Positions 1-8,530 of a DNA stretch of 64,000 nucleotides are shown in pieces. Each line of letters opens with the position of its first letter. The first letter of the stretch is position 1. Position numbers and translations under genes: made by a program. The notes beneath the pieces were generated by a model. The model saw only the letters and a list, made by a program, of their open reading frames with translations, did no database searches and was not told the DNA's origin. The stretch lies in sequence record NC_070958.1. One strand, given 5' to 3'.

Positions 1-1
1 G

Positions 2-142
2 TGGTTCATGACCTTCTTCATCGGTCTGTCGAACAACATTCGTCAGCGTGCGCAGTATGTCGAAGGTTACGACATTACTCGGTTCATCTCCATGTTCCCT
101 GTTAAGGCCCGTGAGAACCTCCACAACTACATCTATCGTTAA
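2..142 (+). CDS. 3' end of a CDS truncated by the window start (...WFMTFFIGLSNNIRQRAQYVEGYDITRFISMFPVKARENLHNYIYR*)
   Basis: Open frame from position 2 to TAA at 140-142, phage-typical codons, followed directly by a terminator hairpin. Confidence 0.75.
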   Translation, partial: WFMTFFIGLSNNIRQRAQYVEGYDITRFISMFPVKARENLHNYIYR

Positions 143-156
143 TTCGATGTAAAGAT

Positions 157-190
157 CCCTCTCCCTCCGAAAGGATGGGAGAGGGGTTTA
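157..190 (+). terminator. Intrinsic terminator hairpin, CC-GAAA-GG family
   Basis: CCCTCTCCC-TCC-GAAA-GGAT-GGGAGAGGG then GTTTATATT, 15 nt after a stop codon. Confidence 0.75.
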
Positions 191-203
191 TATTGTCTAT
201 AAC

Positions 204-222
204 TTTTCAAACCTACATTATT
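204..222 (+). promoter_or_regulatory. Putative early (virion RNAP) promoter
   Basis: TTTTCAAACCTACATTATT matches similar AT-rich motifs at 2279, 32228 and 38056; resembles the TATTAC-type phiKZ early promoter core. Confidence 0.5.
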
Positions 223-286
223 AAGGTGATGGAAACATCAACGTTATCAATGGTGATAACGCACTAACGCTGCTAAGGAGCACACA

Positions 287-1120
287 ATGTTTAAATCAAC
301 TTTGATCAACACCACCCCGGTAGTCTCTGTTATTTCCGAGCAAGAAAACGAATTCAACTTTCTACTCGTTTACGGACGGACATCAGGTGGAAGAGATATT
401 CCATTGGTGATAATGGATACTGAAGCGAAAGACATCAGGACCCAAGCCGAAGTGTTCCTGAGAATGATGGACGACAAGTCCATTGACAATCACAATGCGT
501 CCCACTTTATATGGCGGGGTCCATATCTGATTCTCCGTACTTTCGGCCACCGTTCTTTTGAAGCAACCATCAGCGATTCCAGAACTGAAAAGTTCGGGTC
601 GAGAGAAGGGCACAAGAACGTACTGAAACGTTTGATCGGAGTGATCACCGAGTTCCTTGCCGGACAACACGATTACTCCAAGTACAGCGTCGAGACTGAT
701 ACGATCAAACACGTCTTCTACAATGAGAGCGTGATTGTTGACGGGACCGCCAGTATCTCTCGGGTCCAATCTTTCAATGCTGTTTGTAAAACACTGGAAG
801 AGCCCAACAAGAAGATGTTGACGTTGACGAGTATTAAGGGCGCTATCAACATCGTGGTCACCGAAGAAATGGATCTCTCTGGTCTGCTCAAATCCATTGA
901 GCGTGGCGTGGGTGGTGAGAGTTTTGTCTCCACGGAAACCGGTGCGAATAATTTCGGACACTCCAGTTTGATTTACCACGTTATGGAACCTAACAAAGGT
1001 TGTAACGAACCACACATCCGGATTATCCATAGTACCAAATCCAAAGGAGCGTCGTTGGCCTTTATAGCGACCCCCTTGTTTATTGAACGGATAACAGAAG
1101 TTGTAATGTCTGCACGGTAA
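287..1120 (+). CDS. Hypothetical protein, probably early-expressed
   Basis: 277-aa ORF, AAGGAG Shine-Dalgarno, own promoter-like motif and terminator; no recognisable motif. Confidence 0.8.
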   Translation: MFKSTLINTTPVVSVISEQENEFNFLLVYGRTSGGRDIPLVIMDTEAKDIRTQAEVFLRMMDDKSIDNHNASHFIWRGPYLILRTFGHRSFEATISDSRTEKFGSREGHKNVLKRLIGVITEFLAGQHDYSKYSVETDTIKHVFYNESVIVDGTASISRVQSFNAVCKTLEEPNKKMLTLTSIKGAINIVVTEEMDLSGLLKSIERGVGGESFVSTETGANNFGHSSLIYHVMEPNKGCNEPHIRIIHSTKSKGASLAFIATPLFIERITEVVMSAR

Positions 1121-1125
1121 CGATA

Positions 1126-1158
1126 AACCCTCCTCAACCATAATGGTTGAGGAGGGTT
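1126..1158 (+). terminator. Intrinsic terminator hairpin
   Basis: Perfect 15-bp stem AACCCTCCTCAACCA/TGGTTGAGGAGGGTT with a 3-nt loop, followed by T-rich sequence. Confidence 0.8.
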
Positions 1159-1210
1159 ACCTTTCTTATATTTCTTTTTGATTATATGCCATCTATAGAA
1201 GGAATATAAC

Positions 1211-2221
1211 GTGAACGTAGACATTAATGACATCGACCATGTACTCAGTTGCATGAGTGGTTTTGAAGCATTTTCTAATCAACAGGATAATAGCGACGCA
1301 GAGTACGCCAAGTCCTGTCTCAAGCTCAACGGGGTGAACCTGGTTGCCATCGCCGGTAATGAAAGTTTCTTTGAAGCTATCAAGCAGGGCGGAAAGAAGA
1401 TGTACGAGATGATCGTCAATCTTCTCAGGGGAATCAAGAACTTCTTCTTTGGTTCTGGTGGAACCGGGAAAGATAAAGCAGTCTCCCAAGCGAAGACCGA
1501 AGTGAACAATGCCAAGAAAAGCATTGTCATTACGGTGAAGACTTTGGAGAAAGGAGATCTCCCTAGTGGGTCACCCGGTGTTTCCAACACCAACCTGAAC
1601 CGCGCCAAAGAAATACTGGAAGAAGGTAAAGCCGCCGCTGAACAGATCAACAAACTGATGAGCGGTGAGAACTTCGCACAAGGTGCCGAAAAATGGACCA
1701 AGTTCGTAGAGAACTATACCAGTGTCATGTGGACTGCCGAAAGCCGTGCTCACTTTGTACGCAACATTCCCCAGGTTAAGGTGAGTGACCTTGCCGCCCA
1801 AACCACCAAGCTCGAAAAGGGTCTGCGGGAAGTTGTAGCCGCCATTAAGGACGGTAACAAATACAACCACAACAATGCTCAGTATATCGTCACTACGGTG
1901 GAAGGCGGTAGCAAAGTTATCGATGCGATGGACAAGGCACGGAGCGCGGCCAAAGAAATGCTCGCAAAAGTCACCATCGATCTGGAGCACAACAACAAAG
2001 AGTACAAGAAACTCTTGGAGTTCACCGACGAAGTCCTTGTTAACCGCGGTAAGGAAATGCAGAAGCTCAGTAGCGATCTCGTCCGCGTTACTAACAATCT
2101 CACCGCACTGATTAAGGACCTGGAAGAAAGCATCAGCTCACTCTGTTATGGTGTCGGGCGTATCGCCAAGAAATTGGGTGTGGAATTTAATAACCCGCTT
2201 ACCTCCATTTTGGCCAAATAA
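1211..2221 (+). CDS. Putative internal head (ejection) protein with cleavable propeptide; paralog of 20799..21740
   Basis: GTG start with GAAGGA SD; N-terminal YAKSCLKLNG...AGNE-SF followed by an amphipathic helix, shared with the 20799 ORF. Confidence 0.6.
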   Translation: MNVDINDIDHVLSCMSGFEAFSNQQDNSDAEYAKSCLKLNGVNLVAIAGNESFFEAIKQGGKKMYEMIVNLLRGIKNFFFGSGGTGKDKAVSQAKTEVNNAKKSIVITVKTLEKGDLPSGSPGVSNTNLNRAKEILEEGKAAAEQINKLMSGENFAQGAEKWTKFVENYTSVMWTAESRAHFVRNIPQVKVSDLAAQTTKLEKGLREVVAAIKDGNKYNHNNAQYIVTTVEGGSKVIDAMDKARSAAKEMLAKVTIDLEHNNKEYKKLLEFTDEVLVNRGKEMQKLSSDLVRVTNNLTALIKDLEESISSLCYGVGRIAKKLGVEFNNPLTSILAK

Positions 2222-2230
2222 CAAATAAAG

Positions 2231-2270
2231 AACTCCTACCTCCCTTGACGGGGAGGTAGGAGTTAATTTT
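2231..2270 (+). terminator. Intrinsic terminator hairpin, TTGAC-loop family
   Basis: 14-bp perfect stem AACTCCTACCTCCC/GGGAGGTAGGAGTT followed by a T tract. Confidence 0.8.
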
Positions 2271-2278
2271 CTATTTTA

Positions 2279-2295
2279 TTTCAAACCGATATTAC
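2279..2295 (+). promoter_or_regulatory. Putative early promoter
   Basis: TTTCAAACCGATATTAC contains the TATTAC core; lies upstream of a small ORF with a strong SD. Confidence 0.55.
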
Positions 2296-2381
2296 TTAGT
2301 TGATAAACAAATGGTTTATCGAATCAGCGTGTAAGTTGCACCACCAACTTACACATCTTTCAACTACACGGGAGGTGACAT

Positions 2382-2513
2382 ATGTCTCTTTCAGGTTTGG
2401 TGAAGTTTAATTCGAATCGCACTAATAGCGGTGAGAAACAACAGGCACCTAATCAAGGTAACGGATTTGTGGTAACAGCCACGAAACGTATGCCGGACTA
2501 CCTTAACAAATAA
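2382..2513 (+). CDS. Small 43-aa protein (MSLSGLVKFNSNRTNSGEKQQAPNQGNGFVVTATKRMPDYLNK), below the ORF-track cutoff
   Basis: GGAGGT SD 5 nt before the ATG, upstream promoter motif, double stop TAATAG, downstream hairpin. Confidence 0.65.
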   Translation: MSLSGLVKFNSNRTNSGEKQQAPNQGNGFVVTATKRMPDYLNK

Positions 2514-2532
2514 TAGGCGGTCAACGTAATAA

Positions 2533-2559
2533 AGTACCTCTCCCATTGGGAGAGGTACT
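2533..2559. terminator. Bidirectional terminator or palindrome between convergent genes
   Basis: AGTACCTCTCCCA-T-TGGGAGAGGTACT, 13-bp arms. Confidence 0.65.
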
Positions 2560-2579
2560 ACACCCATAACTTATTTTTT

Positions 2580-4322
2580 TTATGCCGCTTCTTTCTGTTT
2601 CTGCTCTTCAATGAATGGCATCACTCGGCTTGCATAGAAGTCATTTGCTTCAACCAAACTAGGCATACCGAAGATTGTTGTGCACAGGGTGTTCGCATTA
2701 GCTATCGGACTACTGGCGTAGTTAACACCGAGTCGTCTGTAATCCAAGCGATCAAGACCTTGTACTTCGCAAACCTCCAGCTTAGTGGTCTTGTTAGACA
2801 CGTTAAGCGCAACGGTAACGTGAGGGTACGCACCAGTTACGTCAATGTCGTCCGTGGAACCACGCCCCATTGATTTCCAGTCCTGGAGACCGGTATACAA
2901 CGCTCTGCCATTGGCTTCGTTGAGTTCAGCATGAAGCAACGCAATCCAGTCACGAAGATCTGGCTTAAGTTCTTTGAACGGATCCTCTTTACGACGACCA
3001 ACAGTTCCCCAAACATAACCATTTTGTTTTGCAATGAATGACAGTTTGTCAGAGATCATTGACGGTTGGGATTGATAGGAACGAAGCTCAGAAGAAGTAA
3101 CCAGAGACGGTAACGACAGTGAGTAATCGTTAGTTGCTCGGTTAAGATCTTCGATAGTCCAGTTATCTCGGATGTTGTACATCGCGTACAGATACGGTTC
3201 ATGTTTGAGCATCCATTTGTGCCACTCAGCAGAACCAGCCTGGAGATGTGAACCTTTCTCCGTATACAACTTACCTTCGATACCTTCTGATTCAGCTGTG
3301 AACTGAAGACTGTACGATTCACGTTTACCACCAGGGGCACGTTTAATAGCATAGAACGACATGCCATCGAACCACTGCCACTTAGCGGGTGCTTGAACCA
3401 CGGGGAATTTCTCGTGGTTATCCAACGGTGACTTAGAACCATCTACCTTCGTCTTAAACTGCCGACCAGGATAATAAAGATAATCTTGGTAAGCTCTCGG
3501 GCAATCAGGGTCAGAGTAAGTCATCGCCAGGTCGTAACCTTCATTCAACAAAGCTTCCTGGTTCGCTTCCATATCAAAGTTAGCGTTCCATGAAACAATG
3601 AAGTCAGGCCCTACCTTGTGCCACCACTGAATGTTGTTGTAAACAATCACCCCAGGACGATCGGCCAACTCATAAACGATTTCAACGTTATGTTTGTCGA
3701 TATACTCTTGGAGATATTGCTTCTCGTACAACTTCAAATTCTTCATGATGGTTTCGTCATCATGCCCGTGGAATATCTCACGGAGACCACACCAGTAAAC
3801 CTTATTCTTGATGGTGGTAGATGCCATGTTGATTGGACCGGTACTACCGTCATCCAGAATGAAGGTCTCCACGTCATACGCGGCTACTGAGTACGCTTCT
3901 TGCGGTTGGTGATCTGGGTACTTATCGAAGAACTTCTGCTTGAAGATAACCGGAACAGTTTCCTGACATCCAAATACGAATGGGTTATTCTTCAACATGG
4001 TGATGTCAGCTTTACGGTCAGGACGACCATGCAACACCTTACTAATGTTGACATGAAGTCGTGCTGCGTTAGAACTGAACTTGTCACACTTCTTGATTTC
4101 GATGTAGTCTCGGTTATCCTTGAAGGTCCGATATTTGGGTTTCACCACATAGAAATCAGTTTTGTAATCTTCCAAGAAGACGAGACGATCTGTACGCCCA
4201 CCCTCTTCGTCGATCTCAGTAATCTTGGCTGTCAGAAGGTCATGGTCCGGGTCATTCTTGTGATAGCTCAAATACGCGTGTTTGCAAACACGAGCAATTA
4301 CTTTTGGTTTCGTGGTTAGCAT
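2580..4322 (-). CDS. Split family-B DNA polymerase, 3'-5' exonuclease plus motif-A subunit (phiKZ gp82-like)
   Basis: ExoI AAYDVETF, ExoII SWNANFD, ExoIII YAMYNIRD and polymerase motif A DIDVTGAYP are present; motifs B and C are absent, as in the split polymerase of phiKZ-like phages. Confidence 0.85.
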   Translation of the reverse strand: MLTTKPKVIARVCKHAYLSYHKNDPDHDLLTAKITEIDEEGGRTDRLVFLEDYKTDFYVVKPKYRTFKDNRDYIEIKKCDKFSSNAARLHVNISKVLHGRPDRKADITMLKNNPFVFGCQETVPVIFKQKFFDKYPDHQPQEAYSVAAYDVETFILDDGSTGPINMASTTIKNKVYWCGLREIFHGHDDETIMKNLKLYEKQYLQEYIDKHNVEIVYELADRPGVIVYNNIQWWHKVGPDFIVSWNANFDMEANQEALLNEGYDLAMTYSDPDCPRAYQDYLYYPGRQFKTKVDGSKSPLDNHEKFPVVQAPAKWQWFDGMSFYAIKRAPGGKRESYSLQFTAESEGIEGKLYTEKGSHLQAGSAEWHKWMLKHEPYLYAMYNIRDNWTIEDLNRATNDYSLSLPSLVTSSELRSYQSQPSMISDKLSFIAKQNGYVWGTVGRRKEDPFKELKPDLRDWIALLHAELNEANGRALYTGLQDWKSMGRGSTDDIDVTGAYPHVTVALNVSNKTTKLEVCEVQGLDRLDYRRLGVNYASSPIANANTLCTTIFGMPSLVEANDFYASRVMPFIEEQKQKEAA

Positions 4323-4358
4323 TGTTACACTCTCTACTTAATCTAATTATAAGACCTC

Positions 4359-4368
4359 GAATGTTATG
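4359..4368 (+). promoter_or_regulatory. Putative late promoter (AATG[T/C]TATG)
   Basis: GAATGTTATG upstream of a virion operon; same motif at 18594 and 29890; TATG is the known phiKZ late core. Confidence 0.35.
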
Positions 4369-4438
4369 ACGTCTTAAGAAATGGGGTTCGCTAAACTATA
4401 GCTTCCTCACTGTTTATTTACTCCGGAGCAAAACAGTT

Positions 4439-5794
4439 ATGATTGGTATTGACTTCATCAGACCCCGGGCCGATTTCGGACCCATGGGGTTTAGTGGTTT
4501 GGAATTTTTGGACAAACAAACTGACACAGTATTTCGTCAGCTTGTTACCATGTTCCAGACCATGATCAAACAAGATCAGCACGGTCAAAACGTCCTGGAT
4601 TGGGACAACGCTGACCGTCAGGAAATCAGTGATTATCTTCTCGACGCAACCGGGATGAAGATCATTATGATGGATGGCACCAACACCGTTGGTAACGCCG
4701 CTATCGAAGCAGGGTACTTCTCCCCCAACAACCTGATCAACAGCACCGAGGTTGACAAGTGGTTGGATGTGAAACACACCAACGTTGCACAAGCACTCCG
4801 TACACTCAAGGTTGACGTGATGTCCGGTTGGATCGATACTTCTACTGGTAAGGTCGGTGGTGACCTCAGTAAGATCGAATTCAAACTCTACATCCAGTCC
4901 TACCTGGACATGTTCCTCGTTCAAAAGCGTTTCGCTAAATGGGGTGCCAACTTCCCCGAGCTGCTGGCTTCCATTGTTCTCCATGAAATGGGTCATGCTT
5001 GGACAGCGATGGTCTACGCTTTCCAAACCTGTTTCGACTCTTTGTTCCCGATTGCTGCTGTTCGACTGGCGATGAACGCCAAGGGTGAACGCGAGAAAGT
5101 AACGATCATCAAAGAAGCAAAGGCAGCCCTGGAGATCCCTGAGAACCTCACGGACAAAGATCTCGAAGTAATGGCCGATCCCGAAGGTCTGACACTCTAC
5201 TTCAAGAAAGCTATCGAAACCCGCAACCTCCGTCGTACACTGTCCCTGGGTGTCAGTGCTCGTAACGCTGAAAGCTTCGCTGATATTTACGCTGTTCGGA
5301 TGGGCGCCAGTAAAGAACTGGTGATCGCACTCGCTTCTCTTCCAGGTGCTGTCCCGATGTGGGTTCCGACTTGGTTCATGGTGGCTGCCGTGCTTGGTTC
5401 CATGGTGGGTTCTCCTTTCATTGTCGGTTACGCCGGCACCATGGCTGTGTTGATGACTCTGGTCTCCCTGGCGGAATCTCTTCGCCCTGGCGATACTTAC
5501 GACACTCCGTATCGTCGTATAAAGGCAATCCTTCGTGAGATGGTTGCTGAATTCCAGAATTCCAAGCACCTCTCCAACAATGACAAACGTCGTCTGTTGA
5601 ATCAGTGCAAAGACATGGCCAAACTGATCGAAGATCAGAAACCCATGCTGGAAGGTACTGCCGTTCAACGCATGGTAGGTTGGATCTTCTCTGGTTCTGA
5701 CTTCAAGGCTCAGGACTTCGAACACTACACCCACGAAATCATGTCCCACAATCTCAGTCTCTACGAAGACTTCTTCAAATCCGATAAGGAGTAA
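4439..5794 (+). CDS. Probable virion protein with an M48-like zinc metallopeptidase signature and a hydrophobic hairpin
   Basis: IVLHEMGH (HExxH), downstream AESFADIYA (E-x-x-A-D) and a long hydrophobic stretch; first gene of the head-protein operon. Confidence 0.65.
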   Translation: MIGIDFIRPRADFGPMGFSGLEFLDKQTDTVFRQLVTMFQTMIKQDQHGQNVLDWDNADRQEISDYLLDATGMKIIMMDGTNTVGNAAIEAGYFSPNNLINSTEVDKWLDVKHTNVAQALRTLKVDVMSGWIDTSTGKVGGDLSKIEFKLYIQSYLDMFLVQKRFAKWGANFPELLASIVLHEMGHAWTAMVYAFQTCFDSLFPIAAVRLAMNAKGEREKVTIIKEAKAALEIPENLTDKDLEVMADPEGLTLYFKKAIETRNLRRTLSLGVSARNAESFADIYAVRMGASKELVIALASLPGAVPMWVPTWFMVAAVLGSMVGSPFIVGYAGTMAVLMTLVSLAESLRPGDTYDTPYRRIKAILREMVAEFQNSKHLSNNDKRRLLNQCKDMAKLIEDQKPMLEGTAVQRMVGWIFSGSDFKAQDFEHYTHEIMSHNLSLYEDFFKSDKE

Positions 5795-5796
5795 CT

Positions 5797-6246
5797 ATGT
5801 CTCATCTCGCTCACCTGGTCGAAGTACAACAAGACCTGATCGCCAAAGGCGTTACATCCCCCAAGGTTCACATGGACGTGGGTCGTGGTGCCTATGTACG
5901 TGCCCTGGCCGTGTTCCAACAGCGTCGCCGTCTTCCCGAAAAGGATCTCGGTCATTTCAATGACATGATTCTGGGTTACTGGAACGAAACCTCTCCCATC
6001 CAGGGGAACCTGATCATCGCTGAACTGCGCGCATTCAATGCCGCTCTCCGTAACCAACTGGAATCACTGGGTGGTCTGGACCAAGTTTGTGTCGAATTCG
6101 TACGACCCGCTGACCTGGACGCATCCATTCAAGTTTCCAGCCTGAATGGTTTCAAAGCCATGGTTGAGTCCTTGGTATCCGATACCGAGAAGAAACTCAA
6201 GGAATGGTTGGAGTGCGATTACTTCAGTGTTAACGAGGCGGCATAA
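5797..6246 (+). CDS. Hypothetical protein, probably virion
   Basis: 149 aa, 2-nt gaps to both neighbours in a structural operon. Confidence 0.75.
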   Translation: MSHLAHLVEVQQDLIAKGVTSPKVHMDVGRGAYVRALAVFQQRRRLPEKDLGHFNDMILGYWNETSPIQGNLIIAELRAFNAALRNQLESLGGLDQVCVEFVRPADLDASIQVSSLNGFKAMVESLVSDTEKKLKEWLECDYFSVNEAA

Positions 6247-6248
6247 CT

Positions 6249-7796
6249 ATGGAAGTTACTGGCACTGAAGAAAAGAAGCTGGGTAGTGTTATCCAGCTTT
6301 CCCCGCACGGTCAATCCGAGAATGTTCGGATGATCTCTCAACCCGAAGATGGTGAACCGCTGGTCTCTTTGGATGACATGTACGAAGTGACTGGCCAAGA
6401 AGCTATCACCAAACTGGTTCGTAGCTGCAACGAGTACTTCAAGAAAGGTCGTCTTGCCAAAGAGTCGATGACCTGTCTCAACCTGGTTGGTGCTGAAAGC
6501 TTTGTTCCGATGTACGACAAGTACAACGCCCGTCTGGGTGGTGAAAGCTTCGTCAAAGGTCTGAAAGACGGTTTCGTGGCTGTCATCAAGGCGATCATCA
6601 AGTGGATCAAAGCACTGACGGCCTGGATCATCAATGGTGTTAAAACTCTGTTGGGGTTCAACAAAACCGAGCATGAGTGCGCCATCGCTTCCGAGAACGC
6701 TGACAGTATCACCAAGAACGTTTCGGCACTCCTCGGCTCTGTATTCGAAACCGGTAAGGATGAATACACTGCTTGGGTGAATGACACTGCAATGGTGGAA
6801 GGCATTCCCAATAACCTGGGTAACCGGAACACTGTGAAGGTGATCCACGCTAAGACTCTTAGCGCTGAGGAATCTCTCGCCAAGATGGTGGCGAATACAG
6901 AAGTCATCAACCAAGTGGACAAGCTGATCGCTGATTCCCGAGCTCGTGAACAGAAAGCTGCTTCTGATTACAAAGTTGCTATCGCAAGACTTCGTCGTAA
7001 ATCGAAAGAAGAGAAAGTAACTGAATCAGATGTTGCTGAGTTCGTTGAAGAACTCGAACGGATCGTATTCCAGGACATCAAGTTCCGTGAACTGGCCAAG
7101 ACCTCCAAAGACCTGATTTCGTCTCTGTTCGATATCGAGATTAAGGACCTGGGTTACGACGCCAACTTCAAGGAATTGAAAGAGCTCACTCGGAACCAGA
7201 TCATCACCACACAGGTGAAGACATTCGATCGCCAGGAAGCTGTTTTCGCCAAAGCACTGGCTGGTATTAAGAAACGCACTGCTGACGCATCCACTCGCTT
7301 CCTCGATACCAAAGCAATGACTGCGTTCAGTGAAATCGCCGACGAAGATGATGCTGTCTTCATTCGTGGTGTTTCCGAGATCACTGGTAACGGCATCATG
7401 GGTGACTTCGCGACCTTCAAGACACGTCAGCGTGGTTATCTGGAGCTGATCGAAACAGTTACTCGTGTTCTGGCATCCACCAAGGCCACCATGAACAGCA
7501 TGGTCGATTACAACTCTCGTTTGAAGGCGATCACCGCCGCTTACGTTGTTCGTGATCTGGAAGCCATTGCCGATTACAACAAGAAGATCAGTAAAGAGAA
7601 TGCCGACATTCTGACTCAGGGTGGTGGTTCTCTCTTCTTCGATATGGATGACACTTCCGTACTGAAGTCGTACTATCCTGGTCTCCATGTAACTGACGAT
7701 CTGGTACTCGCCATCCGCAACGCACGGGAACTCCCCAAGGTGAAAGGTGCTATCAACAACCTGCTGGGTTCTCTCGGTGTTGGTATGAGGGTTTAA
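6249..7796 (+). CDS. Putative internal head protein with propeptide
   Basis: VGAE-SF and LGGE-SF sites followed by the amphipathic helix VKGLKDGFVAVIKAIIKWIK; mostly helical, 515 aa. Confidence 0.6.
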   Translation: MEVTGTEEKKLGSVIQLSPHGQSENVRMISQPEDGEPLVSLDDMYEVTGQEAITKLVRSCNEYFKKGRLAKESMTCLNLVGAESFVPMYDKYNARLGGESFVKGLKDGFVAVIKAIIKWIKALTAWIINGVKTLLGFNKTEHECAIASENADSITKNVSALLGSVFETGKDEYTAWVNDTAMVEGIPNNLGNRNTVKVIHAKTLSAEESLAKMVANTEVINQVDKLIADSRAREQKAASDYKVAIARLRRKSKEEKVTESDVAEFVEELERIVFQDIKFRELAKTSKDLISSLFDIEIKDLGYDANFKELKELTRNQIITTQVKTFDRQEAVFAKALAGIKKRTADASTRFLDTKAMTAFSEIADEDDAVFIRGVSEITGNGIMGDFATFKTRQRGYLELIETVTRVLASTKATMNSMVDYNSRLKAITAAYVVRDLEAIADYNKKISKENADILTQGGGSLFFDMDDTSVLKSYYPGLHVTDDLVLAIRNARELPKVKGAINNLLGSLGVGMRV

Positions 7797-7797
7797 C

Positions 7798-8478
7798 ATG
7801 GTTATCAAAGAAGAAATCCGCAAAACAGCGGAAGAGATCATTGCTGGTCAGCAACAACTGAACCGGTACAATGAGTACTACGAAACGTTCCTCTCAGAGG
7901 CGCGGTGTAAGAAGGGGATCATGGATTTCCTTAGCACCCTCTTCGACAAAGAGACTACTGACGAATTCGTTCAGTATCCCTATGGTCGAGCCAGAGAAGA
8001 AATGGTTCTCAAACTCACCACTGGTAAGTCGGCAGCTAACTCTATGCTCTGTCGTCGACTGATCATGGATGTGGGTGTGGAATCCAGAGGTTTCCAAGCT
8101 TTGGAAGAAGCACGCAAGACACTTCTCAATCAAGTAGCCGATTATATCGTGCAGACCTTTGAGAAGCTGAACAAGTCAGAACTGACGGATGTGCATGAGC
8201 GTCATGTGTATTTGCGCCGTGCAATCGCTAAGCTGGTTCGGTTGTTCTACACCGCTCCCCTGGCAGCTATCACCATGGACCAATGGTCCGAGGTTGAGCC
8301 CTCCGAACACACCAAGTATCTCACTACCACTATCGAGGAAATGGTTGATCGGATTCGACCGACTCGTACTGATGGCTGGTGTTCTGTTTGGTTCGCTGAA
8401 AATGGTTTGGATAACACGAACGTTATTCGTTCCATTATCAGTTATCTGGACTATCTGGATACATTCGACCAGTATTAA
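7798..8478 (+). CDS. Hypothetical protein
   Basis: 226 aa, last gene of the operon, followed by a terminator. Confidence 0.75.
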   Translation: MVIKEEIRKTAEEIIAGQQQLNRYNEYYETFLSEARCKKGIMDFLSTLFDKETTDEFVQYPYGRAREEMVLKLTTGKSAANSMLCRRLIMDVGVESRGFQALEEARKTLLNQVADYIVQTFEKLNKSELTDVHERHVYLRRAIAKLVRLFYTAPLAAITMDQWSEVEPSEHTKYLTTTIEEMVDRIRPTRTDGWCSVWFAENGLDNTNVIRSIISYLDYLDTFDQY

Positions 8479-8483
8479 GACAT

Positions 8484-8522
8484 AAGACCCCTACCCCACC
8501 GAAAGGATGGGGTAGGGGTTTA
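8484..8522. terminator. Bidirectional terminator, CC-GAAA-GG family
   Basis: ACCCCTACCCCA-CC-GAAA-GGA-TGGGGTAGGGGT between convergent genes; near-identical inverted copy at 47591. Confidence 0.8.
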
Positions 8523-8530
8523 TTATGTTG

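Noticed and set aside
2245-2250. TTGAC in hairpin loops (also inverted at 39002) as a sigma70 -35 box
   Set aside because: It sits in the loop of a terminator stem, and the downstream AT-rich motif fits the phage-type promoter family better.
2580-4322. Polymerase as a pseudogene or frameshifted gene
   Set aside because: Intact motifs, clean stop and terminator; a split polymerase is normal for this group.
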